Assembly: GCA_944383685.1 (NCBI GenBank)
Contig: CALWQM010000005.1
Span: 15,171-79,170, forward strand
DNA: 64,000 bases
DNA from: an uncultured Clostridia bacterium
GTDB lineage: Bacteria > Bacillota > Clostridia > Christensenellales > UBA1242
Direction: 5' to 3'
A program made the position numbers and the translations under genes. Below the pieces are notes generated by a model. That model searched no databases and was not told the origin of the DNA. It saw only the letters and a program-made list of their open reading frames with translations. This document shows, piece after piece, positions 15,001 through 27,000 of this stretch; position 1 is the stretch's first letter, and each line of letters opens with the position of its first letter.

Positions 15001-18000
15001 TAAATATGGCACTGATTACAACACACTTTATATTGACGAACAAGGTTCAGCAAGTGTTACATTTGATGCTTTTGCAAGTGCAAGTGTAATCACAAGAAAA
15101 GGTTATGTATTTGGTGGCTTCTACACTGAACAACTTGCTGTTGGTGCTTCAATAGAAGGCAAAACTGAGGTTAATGGAGATGATACATTTACAACCCCAA
15201 ATAACACAACAGAAGTTTTCGCTTACTGGACAGCAGGCACAGCAGAATATAAAGTTGAACACTACAAGATGAACTTGCAAGGAAATTATGACAGTGTTAC
15301 ACCAACAACTGAAACATTAAGTGCAACAACTGACACAATGGTAACTCCTGCTGTTAAATCAACCGCTTTAAGCACTGATGAGTTCTATGGTTTCACTGCT
15401 CCTGAAACTCAAACAGTTAAGGTTGAAGCAAATGGCTCAACAGTTATCAAATATTACTACACAAGAAATGTTTACACATTATCTCTCACATTGGGTAATG
15501 GTGTGAAATCAGTCAGCGCAACTATCTCAAATCCTGTTGCAACAGGTGGTGATGAATTAGGTGAAAATCAATATCATGTTTACTTTGGTGACAGTGTGAC
15601 AATTGATGCTGTGGCAGAAGAGGGCTACACATTCAAAGGTGTTTGGACAAAGACAGAGTCAGGTTCTCCTGATATCACTGTTGGTCAAGATACAACCGAA
15701 GGAACATTCACATTAAATGTTGCTCAAAATGTTGGATATCAAGCAGAAGCAACTGCAAATGAATATGAAGTAACCTTTGATGTAAATGGCGGTAACGCAT
15801 TAGAAGAAGGACAAGACAAGAAGACTGTTACATATAACCAAAAATATGGTGCACTTCCAACTCCAACAAGAGACGGTTTTGCATTCGGTGGCTGGTATGT
15901 TGAAGACCTTGATGATAATGCTCCTGTTGAAGGAAAAACATTAATCACAAGCGAAACAATTGTTTCAATCACTGGACCACAAACACTTTATGCTTATTGG
16001 ACAGTTAATAATTATGACTTGACAGTTATCTATAAGTATGCTGACCAAGAAAAACCAGCAGCTGAAACTTTGGTTGTTAGCATGGCTTATGGTGCTGAAA
16101 TCACAGAAGCAACCTTACAAATTCAAAAAATTGAAGGTTACTCACATGATTATGTTGTTGGCGGAGGTATTTCACTTCCAACAACTATGCCAGTTGGTGG
16201 ATTGACTGTTACAGTCACATACACACCAAATGAACATAAAATCATATTAGTTCCAAATTATCCAGATTCTGCTTCTGCAAGCGAACCTGAAAATGTTGAA
16301 ATTCCAACTGTTTACAATCAAAACATAGCAATCACAACAATTAAAACTCTTGGTTGGACAGTTGCTGGATACACATTCCAAGGCTGGAAAGCAGCTGACG
16401 GACAAACTTATGCTGATGGTTACACATTTGCTCCATGGAATATTGATGCAGATTTGACTCTTGAAGCACAATGGCAAGCAAATACCGACACTACATTCAC
16501 AGTTAACATCCACATGATGGGAACTGATGGAGAATATGATGTTGTTGAAACCCCAATGACTGGAACAACAGACAGCAAGATTGTATTCACATCAAATGAA
16601 ACAACTCTCACAATCAATGGAACTTCTTACACATATCCAGGAATGAAATTCAATAGTGAAAAATCAACTGTAATCACAACTGAAATCTATATTTCTGGAA
16701 ATGGTGACACTGAGTTTGATGTTTACTTCGATAGAATGCAATTCACATTGACCTTAAATAAAGGAACTGGAATTGGCAGTGTAAGCATGACACCAGACCC
16801 AGTTGAAGGAAAATATTATTACGGACAAGAAGTTACAATCAATGCAGTTGTCAGTGAAGGTTACACATGGTCAACATGGAATGTTGCTGATGGTATTGCT
16901 CCAACAACAAAAGACCAAACAGGATTTGTTGGAACAACTCAAAATCAAACAATCATTATTGGTCTTGGAGATGTAACTTTACAGGCCGAGGCAACCATTA
17001 ATTCTTACAAACTCTTTATTGACCCTAATGGTGGTAATTATGCCGGAATTGATGATGTTGATGAAACATCAGGTTTACAATATGTTGAAATGCCATATAT
17101 GTCAACATATACTTTAAACAGACCTTCAAAAGATGGCTTTGACTTTGCTGGTTGGGCTCTTAAAGAAGGCAGCAAAGGAAATGTTGAATATGATGCCGAA
17201 ACTGGCTGGGTATATACCTTTGGCGCAGGTGATGGCACAGTGATTGCTCAGTGGTCTGCAAATAGATATGAAGTTGTTATCAACCTTAATGACTTCTATA
17301 ATGACAACGGAACAACCACAGCAGAAACTACCTTAACAACCTTACCAAATGGCACTGAACTTAGCATTGTTGATGGCAAGATAACTCTTTACGCAACTTA
17401 TGGACAAAAATATGACAAACTCTATATAAGCACTTCAAGTGATGAATATGTTTCAATTGCAGACTTCACTATAGACACTTTGACAAGAGATGGTTACACA
17501 TTTGTTAACTTTACTGACAGTCAAGGTAACCCTGTTACAGCTGATACAACTTGTGACGAAACATCAAGTGTTGAAATAAAAGCAAACTGGCAAGCAAAAG
17601 TTTACGACTTAACTGTTAATGTAAATAAAGCTGGAAAAGTTTCAGTTGCTGTTACTGGTGCAGCAGAAGAAGAGGGAGTTTACAAGGTAACATTCGACAC
17701 TGAAATCACTCTCACTGCAACTCCAAGCGAAGGATATCACTTTGTTAACTACACTGCAACAAGTGAACTTTCACAAAATGCAACATATAAGTTTAGATAC
17801 ACAAATGTTGGACCTATGACAATTACTGCCAACGTTGCAAATAACACATACACAATCACATACAACAATAACGGCGGTTCCGGAACAATTGACCCAACAG
17901 ATGCAACTTATGATGAAAATGTTACATTGTCAAGTGGTAAAGGATTTGTTAAGGCAGGCTACACACTTACTGGCTGGGCTTATGAAGAAGAAACTTATGA

Positions 18001-21000
18001 GCCAAGTGAAGAAGGTATATTCAACTTCACAAGTGTCAATGGTGGTTCAGTTGAACTTAGGGCAATCTGGACAGCAAACACATATAATGTTAACTTTGTA
18101 ACAAACGGCGGAACAGATATGAACCCAATGAATGGTGTTACTTATGATGTTCCAACAATGATAACAGAAAGCACAACAAAAGCTGGTTACAACTTCTTAG
18201 GCTACGCATTAACAAATGGCACAAGTGCAGAAGTGACAACAGTTACTGACGAAGATATCCAAGGTGCATCTTGCGCAGACTTAACTGAATACCTTGTTCA
18301 ATTAGGTGAAGGCGGAATTTACTTATATGATGAAAATTATTATGTGTTCAACCTTGCTGAAACTAATGGAGCAACAGTTCCAGTTTATGCAATTTGGACA
18401 CCAGGAAAGGCTGATTATAAAGTTGAATACTATCTTGAAGGGCTCACAGATAATGATTGGATTTTGGATACTGTTTTTGAGGAAGAAGGTATCACATTCA
18501 CTCCAAATTCAACAACAATCAATGGAAATACAGAATCATTAGTTACTATTGACGAAACTAAGACTTACACAGGCTTCACACTTGATAAATCTGTTGCAGG
18601 AACAAAGACAAGTGGTGAAGTTGCTGGTGATGGTTCTCTTACACTCAGATTGTATTACAGAAGAAACACATACAGTGTTAATATTATCATTCCAGATTTG
18701 AGTGATGCTGAAAGAGGTGAAACTGGAATAACAGGTGTTAACAGTGTTGACACAACTGGAACATATAAAGTTGAAAATAGATTCAAGTTCAACACAGAAG
18801 TAACTGTTTCCGCTGATATTAAAGCTGGATACACCTTCAACAATTATACTGTTACTGATGGCGAAGTTTACACAACAGGTGCAAGCTACACATTCACAAT
18901 TAAAAATGACACTGAAATCACAATCAACCTTACTCGTGGAACATTTAATTACACAATCAACTACAAGTTCCAAAACCTTGAAGGAACAGCTTATGTTGAT
19001 GATGAAAACTATGAATCAACCACATTAAGTGGACTTGTTGACAGCAAAGTGCTTTACAGTGACATTGCTGGAAAGATTGTTGAAGTTCCTGGATTCCTTT
19101 ATGCAGGTTTCACAGAAAATGTAACTGTTACAAGTGATGGCTTAGCAGAAGTTAATATCAATTATGATAGAGATTTCTTTGAAATTACATTGCAAACAAC
19201 CACTGGTGTTGCAAGTTTAACTGCAACAGGTGACTATTGCACACCAAATGGAACAACAGAAGGAACAACAACTTATAGAGTTAAATTTGATTCAAGCGTG
19301 ACACTTAATTATGTTCTTAACGCAGGTTATGCATTCAAGTCTTGGAGTGAAACTCTTGTTCAAGTTGGAACAGACGCTGATGACAATGACTTGACCGGCT
19401 TTGGAACATTGACAATGCCAGCTGATGACCTTAACATTGTTGTTAACACAACTCCTGTTATTGTTGACTTCACATTAAATTACTTAGGTGAAGCATTCAA
19501 AGATTACGACCCAGAAAGTGGCAACTTTGATGTGTTCACAGTAAGCCTTGGAACTGAAACAAAACAAGGTTACACAGACACTGAAATTGATGACATTAGA
19601 GATTATAATCCAAAAGATTTTGATGGATTTACTCGTGCAACATTTGAAAGTGGCAAAAAGATTTCTGGTGACGGAACAACTGTTATCAATGTTTACTACA
19701 CAAGAAACGACATTAACATTACTGTTGATTTAACAGAAGGAGTTGAGAGCATAACTTTAAATGTTAACGAAACAGATTACACATTAACAAAAGAATTTAC
19801 TGCTGATGAAAGCATATCTATTAAGTATGAAGCAAAAGTTTATGTTTCATATACTCTTACTGATGATGCTGGATATAAATTTGTAAGCTTCAATGGTGTT
19901 CAAGTTAATGCAGATGAAAGCGAAAATTACTTCACTGTTCCAAAAGATGCATTCACACTTTCAATCACAACTGAACCTAACGAATTTACAATCACATTCC
20001 AAGGAAATAACGGAACTTACACACCAAGTGAACCTGAACAAGACAATACTTACTACACACAAACTGGCGTTAAGTTTAACCGTGAAGTTACACTTATAGC
20101 AAACGAGTTCACAAGAGCTGGTTACGAATTCTTGGGCTGGGCAACATCACAAGAAAATGCTGATTCAAGAACTGTTGAATATACTGATGGTGAATCATTC
20201 ATGTTCGACAATGCAGAAAATATGACTCTTTATGCTGTTTGGGGAAATAACACATACACAATCACCTATAATGGTAATGGCGGCTACATTGAACAAGAAG
20301 AAGGTGACCCAATTGTAACTTATCCTCATGGTGAAGAAGTTAACTATGATGAAGAGATCACACTTCTTGAAAATAGATTTGATAGAACTGGCTTCACATT
20401 TGTTGGTTGGTCAAGAAGTGATAAGACTCTTGACACAACAGGACTCACAAACAGCGATGGCACTTGGACTGCAATTAACCTTACAACAAAAGCAAACGAA
20501 AATGTTGTGCTTTATGCTTGGTGGGAAGAAAACACTTATACTCTTAAATACAACAGCAACTACTCACAATATAGCGACAACGAAGATGTTGAAATTGAAG
20601 ATAAGGTTTACACTTACACAGAAAAATTCAACGCACTTGCACATAGTGATGAAAAACTTAACTTTGCATTAACAGGTTACACATTTGCTGGCTGGAACAG
20701 AAAACCAGATGGCACAGGTGACAGTGTTAACGCAGGAGAAGAACTTGAATCACTTACTGCAAAAGATAACGACACAGTTGTTCTCTATGCAATTTGGGAA
20801 GCAAACGAGTACACAATTGTGTTTGACGGCAATGGTGCAACAAGTGGAAATATGGACTCTGTAACTGCAACATATGACACACCTTATGCAATTGCAGCAA
20901 ACGGATTTAATAAGACTGCTTATGACTTCAATGGTTGGAGTTTGAGTAATGACAATGTTTCAGTTGTTAAAAATGTTGACAGCTTAGATGAAATCACAAC

Positions 21001-24000
21001 AAGCGGAATTTACTACTTGACAACAACAGGAACATACTATGTTTACAACTTAGCAACTGGCGAAACTGATGACACATCAAAGACAATTTATGTGGCATGG
21101 CTTGCTCATACTTACACAATCACTTATATGGCAAACGGCGGAACTTTTGACGAAATCTTAACAGCTGAAAGCACTTATGAAAAGACCTTCACAATTGAGG
21201 ATACAGTGACATTTGTTTCTGGTGATGAGCTTACTCTTGAAGGTTACACGCTTGTTGGTTATTCACTTTCAAACATCAATGGTAACTGGACTGATAAGTT
21301 TAGTGGTGATATCACTTTAAGTGCAACACCAAGTGTTACAGGTGTTTACGGAAATGTTACTTTAACCGCAATTTGGAGAATTAATTCTTACAATCTCACA
21401 ATCACATATAAGTATGGCGCAAACGGAAATGATAAAGATGAAACAGAAGCTTATGACGAGTTCACAAGCCAAGTTGAATTTAATGCTTCATATAATCAAC
21501 CATCTCCAAGCATTAATGGATATACTGCTGACCAACTTACTGTTTCTGGAACAATGCCTGCTCATGATGTTGAGGTTGAAGTTCTTTACACAGCTAATGT
21601 TTACACATTAACCTTTAACTATATGGACACAACTGGAACAGGTGATGTTGACAAGTTTGAATACGATAAAGTTAAAGTTAAATATGATGCTAAATACGAA
21701 ACAGCTTACGTTGAAGGACAAGAAGGCAAACCAGTTGGACTTGGTGCTCCAACAAGAGAAGGATACACCTTTGCTGGTTGGTATACTGACAGCAAGTATA
21801 GCGCTGGAACATTGATTACAGATGATGATGTTGTTTCAATTTTGAGAGATACAGAAATCTTTGCAAGATGGACTCCAAATGCTGACACAGCATACACAGT
21901 TGAATATTACTTTGAAAGCCTTGACAGTGCTGAAAACTTTGAAATTGATGCATCTTACACAAAGACTGGCACAGGAACAACAGACACTGCAATCACTGAA
22001 ACAATGGTTAAAACCTTAACAAGCGGACAATGGCCAACAAAGACAGGCTTCACATACAGCCGTAACAGTTTGAACAACACCACAATTAATGCTGATGGTT
22101 CAACTGTTGTTAAAGTTTACTATTCAAGAGATTATAACACTTTAACTCTCAATTCAACTGATGGAATAGACTCCTTTGTTGCATCTGCAAATAAAGTGGC
22201 AGAAGGACAACAAGATACTTTCTACATCACAGGCTCTGGCAACACTTACCGTGTAAGATATGGCAGTGAAATTAAACTTACTTACACAATAAGCGACAAA
22301 GGGTATAGATTTGTTAATTACACTGCAACAGGAATTGATGCTGAACAAGACATTGATGACAACGGTGTGTTCACAATGGTTGACAGCAACATCCAAATCA
22401 CTGCAAACGCAGAAGCAAAAGAATTTACAATTATCTTCCATAAGAATGATGGTGCTAAGCCAGAAGAAACCACAACTCAAACTGCAACTTATAGGGAAAC
22501 AGTTAAATTAAATAACAACACCTTTGAACGTGCTGGTTATGGTTTTGCAGGTTGGGCAAGAAGTCCAGAATCAACCGAAGTTGCTTATGCAAATGGTGCT
22601 GATTTCACACTTAGCTCAAATTATGCAACCGAATATAACTTATATGCAATCTGGACAGCGGATGCAATAAGCTTTACTATTGATGCTGGCACAGGAATTA
22701 TCAAGGAAAATATTGTTCTTAAAGTTAACGGTGAAGTTAAAGATGTTAACACTGCAACTTTGAGATATGAAGACAATGTTGAAATTGATGTTTCAGGTGC
22801 AATTAAGAATGGTTATGATTTTGAATCAATTGTCAATGGTGCAACAACAATTAGAGAAATGACATACTCATTTGTTTTGACAGAAACAACTGTTCTTAAA
22901 GTTAATGCAACCCCAAGAAATGACTCACAATTTAAAGTTGTGTTTGCTCAAAGAAATATTGAAGATACCGCTTATGTTGAAACAGAATCTCAAATTGTAA
23001 GTGGTGCAACAACTGATAAGGTTGTTACAAGAGTTTACTTAGATGAATTTATTTCAAATATTGACACTAAGTTTGCTGGTTTCTTCTACACAAGCTTCTC
23101 TAACAGCTTGACAGAAGGTGAACAAGTATTCACAATTATCTATAACAAAGAAATCACTGAGGAAGATGAAGAAGGTTCTTACACAACTGTTTATATCTTA
23201 TATAACAGATATCACTATGGTATGAGCTTAAATGCAACAACTGGATATTCAACATTCACTGCTGACGGCACAGTTGACGGCACAGTTAACTACTATGATG
23301 CAGATGGCGAATACCGTGTTGACTTTGGTGCAGAAGTAAGAATTTATCTTGATTTGAACCCTGGTTATAGCCTTGAAGGATTCAGCATTAAAGCTATTGA
23401 GGCAACCGGTTCTAAGGATGGCACAGAAGAAACAGTTCTTGGCGAAGAACATGACCTTACATTTAATGAAGATGAAAATGCTTACTATTTGGATGACACA
23501 AAACTCTTCACATTCATTTACAATGATGCTGGTTACTATGTTCTTTCAGTTATGCCATATTATGACCTTGAAATCACTGCAAACATCACAGCAAATGAAT
23601 ATGAAGTAAGATATTATAGATACTGGAACACTGCTGATGTAACTTATGACCCAGATACTGTTACATTCAACACTCCATATTCAATCAAGAACATTAATAA
23701 ATTCCCAGACTTTAATAAATCAGGTTGGGATTTCGCTGGTTGGGCAACAAGCAAAGTTGATGCTGACCAAAAGACTGTAACTTACAGAGCAGAAGACTTT
23801 GTTGACGAAAATGACCTTTCAATTGGTAATTACACATTTGATCATGACCTTGAACTTTATGCAGTTTGGACACAAGGAAATTCTTCATATAAGATTGAAT
23901 ACTATCTCGAAGAATTAAATGGTGATTACAATATTGACAGCGAAAGAACAAAGAACTTATCTGGTTTAACAGACAGCACAGTTACAACAACTGATTATGA

Positions 24001-27000
24001 AGTTTCAATCACTGGTTATGTTATCAACAGAGAATTGTCAACAACAAGCGGAACTGTTACTGCTGACGGACAATTAACACTTAAACTTTATTACGAAAGA
24101 ATTAATTATAAGTTAACAATCAACGGAAACAACAGATTTACTTCACTTGGTCTTGTTGCAAGTAAAAATGTAACAAACGAAAACTTTGATGAAGAAACTT
24201 GTGTTTACACCGCTGATGTAACTTATGGTGCAACTGTAACTCTTACTTATGAAACTGTTCCAGGCTACACATTTGCAAGCTGGAATGTAACTTCTGGCTC
24301 GGCTGACATTGAAGGCAACACATTAACAATGCCAGCAGACAATGTTGTTGTTTCAGTTGTTGAAAAACCTGAAACTTACACATTGACATTTGAAGCTAAC
24401 GGCGGACATGTTGAAGGTGAAGAAGAAACAACTTCTTATGAACAACAATTTGAATACATGTCAAGTGCAAACTTAACAGCAAACAAGTTTGTTAAAGATG
24501 GTTACACATTTAAGAACTGGACAATCAATGGAAAAACATATCAAGATAATGAACTCTTTACTTACAACTTTACTGAAAATGTAACAGCAACTGCTGAGTG
24601 GACACCAAACACAAACACTGCTTACAAGATTATTGTTCACATTCAAAACTTAAACGGTGAAGGTTACACATCTTCAACTGCTGCTGACATGACTGGAACA
24701 ACAGGTGCCACAATCACACAAGACAATGCTAAGACTGCATTAATTAACAAGTTAACAGAACTTGGCATAACAATAACTCGTGGTGAAGAAGGTTTCAACT
24801 TTGTTAGATTTGAAGAAGATGATTTAACAATCAACGGCAATGGAACAACAGTTGTTAATGCATACTTTGACAGAAAGATTTTGACAAATGAATTTAGAAT
24901 TGACAGTGAAGGTGTTGAAAAGATTGTTGTTAACTACTTCTCTATTGAAGACAAGCAAGAACATACATTTGAATACACAACAGGTGCTGAAAATAAGACT
25001 ATTAAAGTTGCATTTGGACAAGAGTTCACAATTCAACCTATCTTTGAGGCTGGTTATGAATTTGATTTGATTGCTCGTTACTTTGGCGAAGATGTTGACT
25101 TTACTTGGAACCATGAAGACCTTGGTGCTGGCCAAGATACCAACACTTTAACAACTTCAAGTGGAATTAATGATAATGCAATCTATGCAGTTACTGCAAA
25201 GAGATTGTCATACACAATCACTTATCATGAAAACTTCTTGGAAACAGGAACTGGCACAGATACTCAAACAGTAACTTATCTTGATGCATTCAGTTTAAGA
25301 ACTCCATTCAGCCATGCTGGATATAACTTCTTGGGCTGGGCAGAAGAGGAAGATGGTGCAAAAGTTTATGAGCCAACACAAAGCTTTAATAACTATACTT
25401 GGACAGATAACATTGATCTTTATGGTGTTTGGGAAGCTATCACTTACACAATCAAATATAATCCATATCAAGCAAGTGAAGGCGAAATGATGGAAGACAC
25501 AGCTGTAACTTATGATGTTATCACTGCTCTTTCAAACAATGTATTCACATATCTTGGACACAACTTTGTTGGCTGGTCATTATCTGCTGGTGGTGAAAAT
25601 GTTGTTCAAACAGTTGCCACAAAAGCAGAAATTGTAAACCCAGGCTACTATTATTGCGAAGAAGATTCAACTTACTATGTTTATAATGTTACTGTTACTG
25701 ATAAAGATGTTATCACACTTTCTCCTGTATGGGAGGCTAACACTTATAAAGTTATCCTTCACAGCAACACAGAAGCTGATTTAACAAGTGACATTGGCGA
25801 CTTTGAATATGGTGTTGAAGGAAAGATTCCTGCATTCAACACACTCAGCTGGACAAATGAAGGATATGACTTCAATGGCTGGTATTACATGAATGGCGAT
25901 GATAAGGTTCTTCTTGGTGAAGGAGTTGGTGCTGACAAAGAAGTGACATTCATGAACTTAACCCTTAATGATAATGCAACTGTTGACCTCTATGTAAATT
26001 GGGTTAAAGGTTTAACAACATATAAAGCAATTATTTTGAAACAGATGCTTAATGAGGAGTACGATTCAACAGATCCTGAAAATTATATCTTGTTCAGTTC
26101 TTCATTAAATGCAATCACTGGTGACTTTGTTACTGCTAAATATGTTTACGACACTTACATTGTTGAAAGTGAATATGCTGAAATTACAGGCTTCACTTAT
26201 GACGCTGAAAGAAATGCAGAAGAATCATTCGAAATCAAAGGTGATGGTTCGACAACTGTTTACATTTACTACACAAGAAACACTTATACTCTTAACATAA
26301 CTCTTGGAACAGGTATTGAAAGTGCAGAAGCAATTATTGCAGACACAAATTACAGCTTTGCAGGACAAGATGGAAATGTTATGAAATATAATATTTACTA
26401 TCAAGGTCAAGTTTCAATGACTGCAACTGCAAAACAAGGCTATCAAGATGTTCCTCCAACCTTCGTTTCAAACACAAGTGATGTTGAAATTGAAGAAGGA
26501 AACTTAATTACAATGCCTGCAAAGGATGTGTTTGTAACAGTTTCTGCTGAACCTGATAAAGACACAGTTTATGGAATTGAGGTTTACCTTGCTGACGCAA
26601 CTGGTGGCTATGAAGATACAACAACTTTGAAGACCACTGGCACAGGAACAACTGATGAAGCAATCGACCTTTCAACAGCACAAGGAATTGCAAACAGCAC
26701 ATTTACAGACGAACTTGTTGGATACACATATACTAGATATGAATTTGCAAACAGCGTTTCAACAATCGCTGGTGATGGCTCATCAATTATCAAACTTTAC
26801 TATCAAAGAGTGCCATACAGAGTTACATTCTCATCAAGCTTAACCAATGGCGCACAAATTCCTGAACAACAATCTGTTATTCATGGAACAGAAGTTGAAG
26901 TTGTCTTTGTTATAAATCAAGGATACAACTTGCCAACCGAAAACAGATTTAAAGTTACAAGTGGTGAAAGTGATTACTCTCTTGAACTTCAAGTTGAAGA

